Shown one piece after another: positions 12,795-23,058 of a stretch of DNA of 64,000 nt. A model generated the notes under the pieces. The model saw only the letters and a program-made list of their open reading frames with translations, made no database searches and was not told the origin of the DNA. Source of the DNA: Vitrella brassicaformis CCMP3155 (Eukaryota > Protista > Chromerida); NCBI GenBank assembly GCA_001179505.1, contig CDMY01000077.1, forward strand, positions 158,080 to 222,079, in the 5' to 3' direction. Every line of letters starts with the position of its first letter. Positions within the stretch are counted from its first letter, which is position 1. The position numbers were made by a program, and so were the translations under genes.

Positions 12795-13757
12795 TCAGTC
12801 GGCGCGCACCAGCACAAAGGTGTTGCCCTTGTCGCCCCGCGATATCCGCATCTCGTCGTCAAGATACGTGACATCCAACGCACCTGCATGATACACACAG
12901 TTGGATGGATGAGCAACCACCACAAGCGACTGACCTCTTGCTGTGTCTGGCGCCTTGATTCGCAGCGAGCCGAGGTAGAAATACGTGAACTTGACGTCCA
13001 CTGCGCTGTCAGATGTGGGCGTCAACTCGGCCTCCACTCTGTTGGTGATGCGGACACCCGGGATGGGCGAGATGGTCTCTCTGTTCTCGGCAGTGAGGGC
13101 CTTGGCATCAATGGTTTGGAAAATCTCGTCCTTGACTGGCCTGAATGGGGGGAGCCTCCTCGTGCCCTTGATGGACTCGCTAGTCGTCCATATCAGCCTG
13201 ATGGAACACAGAAACACCACATGGCAGGGACACCATGCATCAGCACACAGCCGCGGCACTGCATGTCGTCGTGGTGCCCCTTCTCACCTCCACTTGCCGC
13301 TGAGAAGAGGACTCTTGAGCGCTCTGCAACAGAGCAAACAAAGACAGCACACAAGCGGCCGTGGTCCCTCTCACAGCCATCGCCGTGTGTTCGTTGGCAC
13401 CTCCTGTTGGGATTGAGTTTCTCGACTTGCTCGACGGCCGTGAGCACCTCAGAGTCCGACAGACCCCTCCGTATGGCCTCCCTGAGCGCGTCTTTCTTCT
13501 TTGTGGCTGTCGCAGGTGATTTGCCGATGCCCAAGATCATCGACACAGACTGGGCGGATCTCCTCGGCTGCCGCACGGCAAGATCCAGCCGCCCAGACGC
13601 CTGCAAAAGAAAGAACAGCACATCAATCAATCGGACGACAGTGTCTTCGCATTATCTTGCATGTGAATACCTGGCTGGCAATGGTTCGCAGGCCGTAGCC
13701 GCAGGCGGATGAGATGCAAGACAAGACAAGCACGAAAACGCAAAGAACAGGCTCCAT
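12795..13757 (-). CDS. Plastid lipid-associated protein (PAP/fibrillin family) with bipartite plastid-targeting leader
   Basis: Exon 1 (13757-13671) encodes MEPVLCVFVLVLSCISSACGYGLRTIASQ, a signal peptide followed by an aromatic residue. Exon 2 starts at 13600: ASGRLD...KKKDALREAIRRGLSDSEVLTAVEQVEKLNP. Then LIWTTS...IFQTIDAKALTAENRE and the C-terminal fibrillin signature LDVTYLDDEMRISRGDKGNTFVLVR. Confidence 0.9.
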
Positions 13758-13982
13758 TTTTTTTCAGCACCTTCTATTGCGGATGCGAGCTAGAAGGTAG
13801 ATCTGCTCCCAAGTAAGGCGCCCAGCGAGCTGAGCGCGATGCACGACCCCCGCAGGTGAGAGCGCTGTTGAAGGAGAATGGGGAGGTGTGCCCACATACA
13901 CGAAGCATGTCATCATAGGTGAGTGAGTGGCTTGAATAAAGAAAAGGCACGTCACGGCACATCACAGGTCATGCAGCTGTGT

Positions 13983-14018
<36 letters not shown>

Positions 14019-14244
14019 TGTAGCACGAACACGAACAGGCAGAACACAGGCAGAGAACGCACGCAGCATGAAACAGGCACGAGGACGAGCAGCACAGCAC
14101 AGCACAGCACAGCGCAGCACGAGCAGGCATGAAGAGGCAGAGCAGGTGTGGTGTGGCCGGGAGGCGCAGACTAAAACGATGGCAAGTCAGGGCGTCAACA
14201 CAAAATGACCGAGGAGAGATATGTGTGTGTGTGTGTGTGTGGAA

Positions 14245-14414
14245 TCACTTCTTGTCCAGCTTCTTCTTGATCTCCTTGGCCTTCTTGATGTCGAGTTTGT
14301 TGGGGGCCACGCTCTTGAGGAGCTTGCCGAGAGCCGACTGGTCATCGGCCTTGGCGAGAGCAGCCCACAGCTGGACGGCGTCCTTGTCGTTTGCGTCGAT
14401 GGCGTCGCTGAACT
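14245..14414 (-). CDS. Orphan terminal exon (EFSDAIDANDKDAVQLWAALAKADDQSALGKLLKSVAPNKLDIKKAKEIKKKLDKK*); upstream exons not identified
   Basis: Strong coding-like GC3 bias. A polypyrimidine acceptor (ctctgtgtgcag) precedes it, and it ends at a stop followed by (CA)n. Confidence 0.4.
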
Positions 14415-14909
14415 CTGCACACAGAGAAGAGAGAGAGAAAGAGAGTCCTCGCTGTGTTCGACACACATGTCTGCCCGTTTCAGTAGGCCTCACTGTCCTT
14501 CCTTTTATGTATCTGTGTACAGTGCATGTGGATATGTATCGGTTTACCATTAGGTGTCGTGCTTGTCGTTCTGTTGTCTTACAATGCTCATGCTCTGTCT
14601 GCATTCGTGCCTGTGCCGTATGTGTCTCTCTATTGATCGCCAGGACTGTTCTCACCTTTTTGCGTGTGATTTGATACGATGTGCATGTCCAGATGCTTCG
14701 GTGTCTTGGCCTGTTGACAATCGATGGTTTCTGTTGCGTGTCTTTACGTGTTTTCGTACATGTTTGTCATGGTGTTGTCTGTGTTCTCTTCTACATGTTC
14801 GTCTGGGTCCTCTGTCGTTCTCTGTTCGCCCATGAATGTTTCTTGGAACGTCTGTCTCATATGCACGCCGATTGGCCATGAAACACACCGTCTCGCACCT
14901 TAGGCAGTG

Positions 14910-15200
14910 ACCGACCGACCGTCCGTCAGCTCCTCGCCTCCGATTGCCGGGGCACAGATGGACACACGGTCTGCGACGCACTAGCGAGGTCCTGCTTGAA
15001 ACTCCGAACACATACACACAACACACAATCACTCACCCATCAGAAGACACCTCCTTGCCCCATCTTGGCACTCGAATGGTCCTGATGCGCGTCTGCACTG
15101 CGTGTGGGTAGATGACGATGTTCTGGCCGACCTCCAGCCGCCCCGACAGCAATGCAATTGCAGCAATGTCCCCGTCAGCACGGTGCCTTGCCCTTCAGAG
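14910..15200 (-). pseudogene. EEFSEC: Frameshifted fragment of a selenocysteine elongation factor (EFSec/SelB) / EF-Tu-like domain II
   Basis: Minus strand reads GQGTVLTGTLL / SGRLEVGQNIVIYPHAVQTRIRTI (15200-15085) and FKQDLASASQ / DRVSICAPAIGGEELTDG (15001-14910). This matches the EFSec domain II consensus KGQGTVxTGTILSG...MFxxxxxSAxQGDRxGIC. At least two frameshifts; no G-domain nearby. Confidence 0.6.
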
Positions 15201-15745
15201 GAGCCAATGACGAGGCGGCGTGGGTGTGTTTCTCACTCGAGCTCTGTTCGCCGTTGTGCGTGAGGGACCTTCACACTGGGACTGATTTTTAAGGGTGGGG
15301 GCTGCATGCGCTTTCCTGGCGTCTTTTCCGTGTGCGTTTTTTTTTCGGTTGGTTTTTTCTGTGGGTCGATTGGCAACCCCGGAAGAACCGATCCGACGAA
15401 CGGGCGCAAAAAAAGTAGCCTAGAGCACTCCCCCCAGCTGGGTGCTTTTGGGGGGGTCGTGAATCTGCGCATTGCAAAACGACTGTGTGCTAACGATTTT
15501 CTGCAGCTGACGACTAAATAGCCTTGATATGGAGCGTAAGAAGGCGTCTTCATGACACACATGCACAAGCAGGGCAAGTCGGCATGAGCATCCCATGAAG
15601 AAGGCAGTGCAAAATTGTCCCAATGAGTCAGCACTTAAACCGACACCATGCACGCACCGAGTCATCATTCTCTCAGCTACTGAGGCAGTCAGCTGATGCC
15701 CAACGACACCCACTGCCCTGTCTGGTCGACGAAGCCCAGGCGGCC

Positions 15746-17374
15746 CTACTGGAACTGACAGTCGTCATTGCCCTCCTCGTTGTTGAAGCCCTTGACCACC
15801 CCCTCCAGCCCGTGGGCACGCACCTCATCCAGCCGAGCGCGATGCACCACCTCGCGCACCCCCCGCCGCCTGTGTGTGTGGTGGGGCCCGGCGTCGACGG
15901 CGAAGCACTGCAGCTGCGGCACACGCACCGTCTGGCCGTCAGACCCCCGACTCCACCCGCCCACCACCTCCCGGTTGCTGACCGTCTTGGTCGCCGCCCA
16001 CTCGACGAAATGCCCAACGGCCCCCCGGACGCGCCGCTTGAGTGCCGACTCATTGGTGAGGAATTGGTCGATGGCGGTGAGTGCGGCGGGCGGGTGGTGC
16101 AGGAAGGCCCCGATCTTCCATGCGATGGCGGCCGCCTCCTGTGGTCCGAATGAGAGTGGCGAGGGGGAGGGCGGGTGGGGGAGGGAGGCGTCCTCGTCGT
16201 TGTGATCCACCAGAGGCAGGATGCGCGTCATGAGGATGTCGGCGTCGCGCTGGGGGGCGAGGGCGGCGTTGATGGCGCCCATGACGACGAAGGGCAGCTC
16301 GTTGAGTACAACCACATACTCCTTCAGCACCAGCTCACGCCGCTCGCGCTCGATGGGTGTGGTGGTGGGCAGCACATTTGTCGAGAGGTCGGCCCCCGCC
16401 CGCAGCAGGGACCGGACCACCAGCTTGCGGTTGCGAATGAGCTCAGCCGTCTGAATGAACTCAGCCGTCTGGTCCGGTAGGTTGCCGTCACCATCCCACT
16501 GCTCAAATAGGAATTGCAGCCCACCAGCGGCATGCCAGAGCTGCGGGTGACCTTGTACAGGGTTGATGTCAGCGGGAGTGGCAAGACGCTCGCACAGATA
16601 GTCCACCACCCAGTGGTTGCCGCAAAAGACGGCATTGGAGAGTGCGTGGCACACTGTGGCTGCCGGTATGGGGTCCCCGTGCTGCAAGATGGTGTCAATG
16701 TACTCGTAAACGAAGGCCTTGGACAGATGGGCCAGTGAAAGAGCAGCTGAGATCACCGCACGGCCACTCAGTGAAGGGTCATGCTGCATCAGTCGGCGGG
16801 CCACACCGATGAGGGCATCGTCATAGGCCTGCGATGGCCGGAGGCGAGGGAACGGGGGCATGGGGAAGGCTACACCATCAAGTCGGTTTGTGGCCAGCAG
16901 CACCTCCACCGCGTCAATGTTGCCCGTCACGAACGCCACACCGATCGGCTCCATGAACGACCAAGAGGGATGATGGCGGTTGACGTTGGCCCCGCAGCTG
17001 ATGAGCGCGTCGAGTATCTCGCGCTGCAGCTGCCGGGTCGCCCACAGTGTGAGCAGCAGGGGCGTCTTGAGGTCCGACTCCATCCGCCACACATAGGGAA
17101 CGCTGCCGGTCGGGTCGTCAATCGCCAGCGACAGCAGCGGCACCCACTTGGTGGACGAATGGACTCCAAATGCCTTATCGCGGAAGCCGACCAGCGCGTC
17201 GGGGTCGGCTCCTTTGGTCTGGATCAGTCGAGTGGCGATGGCGAGCGTCAGCTCACGGCGCAGAATGCGGTGGACGAGGCGCTTTGTGGCGGGGCTGGTG
17301 CTGGGTTGCCAGCAGAGGTCGATGCCGTCATTCAGCAGAGGCGGCTGGGCGGTGCTATCCGGCTGATCGGACAT
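15746..17374 (-). CDS. Intronless ankyrin-repeat-like protein of a lineage-expanded family, copy A (premature TAG removes the last 19 aa)
   Basis: Ankyrin-like segments ILDALISCGANVN, PIGVAFVTGNIDAVEVLL, ALSNAVFCGNHWVVDYL and LVVRSLLRAGADL. Conserved C-terminal block AAAIAWKIGAFL...GHFVEWAATKTVSNREVVGG...QLQCFA. TAG at 15748-15746 replaces the TGG of copy B. Confidence 0.8.
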   Translation of the reverse strand: MSDQPDSTAQPPLLNDGIDLCWQPSTSPATKRLVHRILRRELTLAIATRLIQTKGADPDALVGFRDKAFGVHSSTKWVPLLSLAIDDPTGSVPYVWRMESDLKTPLLLTLWATRQLQREILDALISCGANVNRHHPSWSFMEPIGVAFVTGNIDAVEVLLATNRLDGVAFPMPPFPRLRPSQAYDDALIGVARRLMQHDPSLSGRAVISAALSLAHLSKAFVYEYIDTILQHGDPIPAATVCHALSNAVFCGNHWVVDYLCERLATPADINPVQGHPQLWHAAGGLQFLFEQWDGDGNLPDQTAEFIQTAELIRNRKLVVRSLLRAGADLSTNVLPTTTPIERERRELVLKEYVVVLNELPFVVMGAINAALAPQRDADILMTRILPLVDHNDEDASLPHPPSPSPLSFGPQEAAAIAWKIGAFLHHPPAALTAIDQFLTNESALKRRVRGAVGHFVEWAATKTVSNREVVGGWSRGSDGQTVRVPQLQCFAVDAGPHHTHRRRGVREVVHRARLDEVRAHGLEGVVKGFNNEEGNDDCQFQ

Positions 17375-17514
17375 GGTGATGGATGACGTCTGCAACACAC
17401 AGGCAGGACAACACGCCTCATCAATGCTTCCCTTCATCCCTCGTCTTACGCTTCCAAGAACCGATCGACCAAGTCCATCCTGAAGCAGCACGAGACCGCC
17501 AAGAAGAAGAAATA

Positions 17515-17814
17515 NNNNNNNNNNNNNNNNNNNNNNNNNNNNNNNNNNNNNNNNNNNNNNNNNNNNNNNNNNNNNNNNNNNNNNNNNNNNNNNNNNNNNN
17601 NNNNNNNNNNNNNNNNNNNNNNNNNNNNNNNNNNNNNNNNNNNNNNNNNNNNNNNNNNNNNNNNNNNNNNNNNNNNNNNNNNNNNNNNNNNNNNNNNNNN
17701 NNNNNNNNNNNNNNNNNNNNNNNNNNNNNNNNNNNNNNNNNNNNNNNNNNNNNNNNNNNNNNNNNNNNNNNNNNNNNNNNNNNNNNNNNNNNNNNNNNNN
17801 NNNNNNNNNNNNNN
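17515..17814. other. Assembly gap (300 N)
   Basis: Run of N directly visible. Confidence 1.
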
Positions 17815-18222
17815 CACTTCTTCACCCGCTTGACTGAGCAGCTGTTGACGAGGCAGGGGTGGTCAGATAGGGGGCGAGGGCGGGTGCATGGGTGGCTGCG
17901 TGCTCGTTTGTCTGTTGCATTGGTGCGGGCTGCTAGCCTGTGTTTGAGGGGCGGGAGGCAGTCATGGCGTGGTGTTGGGGCGATGGACGGGGCTGGGGTG
18001 TTCTCATCGGATGAGTGAGCGTGCCCTTTGTGCATAGGCATATGTGGATAGATTCATGGAGGCGATTTGGACAAGCGAGTGCATGGATGCCATCTGTCAA
18101 TTATCTCTTCCCTCTGAAAAAAAAATACAGGATGAGAAGGGAGCCTGGAGAAGGCGACCAGAGCGTCTGATCTCGAGTCTACCGTGTAGGATGAGAATGG
18201 ATTGGCGTTGATAAGGCGATAG

Positions 18223-19476
18223 ATGCCGGCGACTGTTCGTCGCTGCGCATCGGTCCGCCTGTCTGACCGGGTGAAACGGACGCTCACCGTACTGATTGGC
18301 GTCATCGCCATCACGCCCGACGCACTCTTACTGCGGTCAGCCCAATCAAACAAGCAAGAAAACAAGCAGGCATTTTATGCAGTCGCTGTTTTTGTGTTCG
18401 GTTCGTGTGTGTGCAGGCAGGTGCAGCACTTCAGCATATGGACGATCATATTTTTCCGGTCTGCTTTGGCAGCGGCTGTGCTTCTGGTGGTGGTGCTGGC
18501 GACCACGCACTCATCGCGGCGGCTGTCGACCTTCACAGAGGGCGGCGCGTCGGTTCTGTTTTGCATCGTGCCGTTCATCGTGTCGATGGCGTGCTTCCCC
18601 TCCGCCATTGTGTCGACGACTGCCGCCAACGCACTCGGCATCTACTCATCCAACCCGATCTTCGCCGCCTTGCTGGCCTACCTGCTGCTGGGCGAGCGGA
18701 TTGCCGTCAGCCTGGCCGTGGCGATTGTGCTCGTGCTGACCGGCATCGTTTTGGTGTTTGTGGCTGACTTTCGCGCCGGCCGTGTGTTGGGCAATGTGCT
18801 GGCACTGGTGACTGCGGCGGCTCTTGCGGGCTACCTGGTGGGCATCCGATACGTGGGCACCCGCCACCCTCGAGTGGACGCCAGGGTGCTTGCCGTGTAC
18901 GCGTTGGCGTGTTCTGTGGTGATTGTGGCGTGCGTTGGGATCGACATGCGGCCCTTCTCGCCGAGCTATGTGGAGATGGCATGGTTCGTGGCCATGGGCG
19001 GTGTCTGCTACCCTGTAGCCATCGTCGCTGTCAACATTGCACCCAGGTACAGCGAGCGAGAGAGGGGGCAGGGAAGCTCCCAGCTGGACACAATCTGAAC
19101 GACCGTCTTATTCTTTCTCTGTTGGTGTCCACTGTGAAGGTATCTGCATCCTGCCGAGGTGGCGCTGTACATGTGTCTCGAGACCGTCCTCGGCCCTCTG
19201 CTTCTCTTCGCTGTCCAAGGCGAGAGGCCCACCCGCCTGGCGCTTGTCGGTGTGTCCCTCGTGGTTGTGTCTCTGGCGGGCCAGTCGGCCGTCACTCTGT
19301 GGATTGACTACCGCAGCTCCGACCAGGCCACCACAACGATCGAGACGGCGAATGGCGCGGCACTCAAGAGTGATGGGGATGGCGAGGATTCACGGCTGGC
19401 TGCCGCCACACAGGCGTATGGGAGCAATGACAGCCAGGCGGTGGGGGGCAGCCAAGAGTCTTTTTCGGACGTATGA
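18223..19476 (+). CDS. DMT-superfamily (EamA-type) transporter, copy A, 3 exons, 359 aa
   Basis: Exons 18223-18335, 18417-19046 and 19140-19476 total 1080 nt in frame. About 10 hydrophobic helices. Motifs GVIAITPDALLLR, PIFAALLAYLLLGERI and RYLHPAEVALYMCLETVLGPLLLFAVQGERP are typical of two-repeat EamA proteins. Confidence 0.9.
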
Positions 19477-20329
19477 GAGAGTGACTGGGTGTGGGCTGTG
19501 AGCACATGTGTGTGTGCGGGAAAATAGGCACTGTTGGTAGTTGTGCTCTTTTGTAGTATGGACGTTTGACAGTATCACTGCGTCCACTGGTCGGAGTGAC
19601 CTGTGTGTATTTGTTGACAACACACGTGTGTGTGTTGGCATGTGTGCAATTCGTTCGACTGATGGTCGGTCGTCATTTTTCTCTCTGTGTGTGTCATTTT
19701 GGACACATTACGTACATATGTGTATACGTATACACGTGTGTGTGCGTACAGATGCGGACATGTAATTGTAATGGATCGGTTGACTCAGTGAAGGAGCGTC
19801 TTTATCTGCCAATCGATCGACCGACTGAGTGAGTCATTGGCTAACGTACTGTGTCTGCCATCGATCGTCATGATGGTGCCAGGCTGCCGGGTGACGATGG
19901 CCGTCTGTCTGCTTCTCCTCTGTCTCACCATGGTGCGTATCCCAACACACACAACACGCAGCAGACAGCCGCAGCTCATTCACAGTGTGTGTGTCGTTGC
20001 TTGCTGCAGGTGCTGCGTCAGTCGAGTGGCGGCCGCGCCTCATCGGTGAGTCGGTTTGACTTCATGCGCTACGACGGCCGGCCATTCGTGGCTGACAACT
20101 CATTCGTCAAGTGAGCAGAGAGGGACCAATGATGGCTGGTTGATGTATGTGTGCCGTGTGTGTGCAGTGGTGGTGCGGATCGTCCTCTGGGTGTGTTCAA
20201 GCCGGGCCCCTCGCTCGCGATGCAGAAGGCACGGGAGCTGGCCAGGCAGAGGAAAGAGCGCAGGAGATATGAGAGGGACGCACGCAAATCCATCGCCTAC
20301 TAGTGAGTGCACGCATGACAGACAGACAG

Positions 20330-20362
<33 letters not shown>

Positions 20363-20810
20363 GCCAGTTACGAGAAGGAGTACCAGCACGACAGCGACTT
20401 CCCAGTCCCATCAATCCCATCACTCCGGTTAGTTCAGCCGACAGGCTTGTGATGATCGAAGGATGTCGTGTCGTGTCGTGTGTAGGCTGAAGGACGTGTC
20501 GTTCCCGCGGTCCACCATCGTGTGACGAGGAGTCAGACAGAGCAGACACACAAGAACCGACTGCCGGATCCGTGCAATGCATAAGAGAACCACTATATGT
20601 GAACACATGAAGAGGACACACAGACACAAACAAGGTACCATGCAGCAGGTGGAAATGAATCATGAATGGGCGAGTGCAAATGCCGCAACGCATCGTCAAG
20701 TGCAAGCAAGCACGCATTCTACTCATGAATCCACTGCATGCAGCCAATCGATCCGAGACGGCCAGCTTCGCGACCGAGAATTTGCGTTTGGACAGGAGGC
20801 GAAGGCTGAA

Positions 20811-23058
20811 TCAATTCTCCCGATCAAGCAGGTCATCGCTGACGACTCACACCAAGGCGAGCTGGTCCAGGCATCGGCTACCTGTCCTAGTCGGCATTTT
20901 TCTCCTTCTGGATCAGGGCTGCGCACTGACGGGAGGGGAGCACACTGACGGGAGGGGAGTTCAGTGTCAGCCATCTGATTGTCAGCCAGTGTAAGCCGAT
21001 CTGATTGTCAGCCCAGCCACTATTTGTTGAGTCAAGGGCATCCCCCAGCTCCGCATGCAGACCCCCGACACGTGTCGAGAATGGCCGTGGCGACGCGAGC
21101 GGAACTTGGCCGCCTTTATCGTCCCTGCTGCAGGCGGTGAGTAACTCGCAGCGGTGGGCGCCGCACGAGCTCACGTGTGAAGGAGAGTCTGCACGCCGCC
21201 GCGCGTGGTATGAATGTGTGTGTCTGTCTCTCTGCAGGCAAGCGCTGTCGGTCGGCGGCTGCTACCACCACTTCCAGCATCTCGGTTGGCGCTGCTGCCC
21301 CAAGCACGCGGCGGCCCTACATACAAGGAGGTCGTCGCCATCCACTGCGAGAAGCTCATGCGCAGCCACCCCGACTTCGACGCCTTCACACAGATGAGGT
21401 CCCGCATGTCACTACTCAGCGAAAAGCAGGGCGGTACAAAGCAGAGTAGTACATTACGGAGACCCTCCGTCGGCTGTTGGAGAGGTACATACGTTGAGAG
21501 GCGTCAGCGGTATGTATACAATACATGCAAAGTGTCTGTCTGCAGACCTGGACCACGCGTAGACGCCTGCCGCAACGTCTGCCTTTCACAGCTTGGGCGT
21601 TAAGATAGCGACATATGGTCCAGCCGACATTTCGAGCCACCCACGATTCCCCAGCACGGGCACAGGGTCCGGCAAGGAGCCCCTCATGGCTACGGCGTAC
21701 ATGCGCCAGCTCCTTTCGCCTACCTACCACATTATCAACATACCATGGCGACTGCAGAAGGGTTGCGTCGCCATGATAAGGATGACGATTCCCCTCGTCC
21801 ACTTGTGGCGGGAGATGTACCCGTTGGGATACCCCCTCTCGGCTGTCGACTATGCCAGCATCCTCGTCATCGTTGAAGCACTCGAGCGCCGCATGCTGCA
21901 GCACTCCCAGTTCTATATCCAGCAAAACTGAGGTCAAGAATTCTTGCTTTGTGCAAGTTTTTCTTACCTGGACACACTGTACAGTCTTCCCTCACACGAC
22001 GCACAGTGACCGGCGCCTATCCCCCTGTCGCTCGATAGCGGAGATCTGTCAGATCTACCAGCGATGGAGAAGGGCGAGAACTCAGATGAAGAGCAGTAAG
22101 GGACTAAAGAAGAGACAGAGAACAACACTTAGCGTTGCCTCTTTGTGGTTTTCATTTTTATCTGTCTTCGTTTGGGTACAAAACTCTGAAGGATCCTGAC
22201 GCAACAGAGACATACACCCGTTCGACACGCATCGGGACGGTCGAGATGTGGATCCTGTCCGCTGGGCGTGTCCTTCATGCCTTTCTAGCGATTGAGGGAC
22301 GACCTGTGCGTGACGGATCTCGACAACGAGTCGGCGGAGCAGGAAGAGTACTGGGACAATATGCAATGCCTCATCTATGACGAGGTCTCAATGCTCAACG
22401 ATAGCTTCTTCGGTCAGAACGCCACGAAACTGCAGAAGAACCGAAAGACAACGTCGATGACACCGAGGACGTGTCTGCATGTGCACTTGGAAATTCGGCT
22501 CAAGGACTCCGGTGCCGTGCCGTATTCGGCCAAGGAGGTTGGGGTGTATCTTATCTATCTGATAAAAGAGGTGGCCGAATGTCACCCCGCGTAAGCACCG
22601 AGGGAGAGACGGAGTGGGGAATACCTACCCATCCCTTTTGTGCCTGTCTTGGGTTCAGTGATGCGGAGGCATTCAGTCTCAACCCAAACGTGCACTACAC
22701 GTTCGCCAACTTCCTCATGGCCGAGATTCAGCACGGCTTTCGTCTGCTGGACGATTTACGTGTTGAGAACGGTGACGGTCCGTATTACATCGCCAACTAC
22801 CGAGCGGCCCTGATCTCGACAACGTCAATGACGTCGAGCATCTTTGCCAAGCCTGTTCTCTACCACCCCTTCGAGAAAGGCAAGAAGAAAAAGGCGACGC
22901 GACGGCGGGCTATATCAAGTAGCTCCTCCTACCATTGAGTATTTGAGACGGGATTACAAGGAGGTCAGCCGACGATGTCATACACATTTTATGCATTGGA
23001 GGTGATCCCACCCCCTCCCCATCCCCCTTCTCCGATTTCGGAAATGTTTTTGGACTAG
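20811..23058 (+). mobile_element. Degenerate Pif1-helicase-containing element, possibly a non-autonomous Helitron remnant
   Basis: 22255-22440 reads SAGRVLHAFLAIE / (frameshift ~22297) DDLCVTDLDNESAEQEEYWDNMQCLIYDEVSMLNDSFF, i.e. Pif1 motif Ib (GxTxHxFxxI-like) and Walker B LIxDExSM. Surrounding ORFs are broken by stops. Possible termini: A|TC at 20810/20811, and hairpin TCCGA-TT-TCGGA (23031-23042) then CTAG|T at 23055-23059. Confidence 0.45.
20924..21013. repeat. Two short direct-repeat pairs
   Basis: cactgacgggaggggag at 20924 and 20943 (period 19); atctgattgtcagcc at 20973 and 20999 (period 26). Confidence 0.85.

Larger units (their letters stand above)
15610..20810. repeat. Copy A of an inverted segmental duplication (ankyrin-like gene + DMT gene + ~1.3 kb non-coding flank)
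   Basis: Reverse-complement homology to 38535-43155 in both genes and the flank, e.g. aattgtcccaatgagtcagcacttaaaccg at ~15612 vs its reverse complement at ~43122-43152, and gagacggccagctt at ~20755 vs ~38577. Boundaries approximate. Confidence 0.95.

Noticed and set aside
15623-17386. Long opposite-strand ORFs over the ankyrin, DMT, COG1 and NOV genes (e.g. 15623-16153, 26792-27631, 49631-50230)
   Set aside because: Shadow ORFs expected from high-GC3 coding sequence on the other strand.
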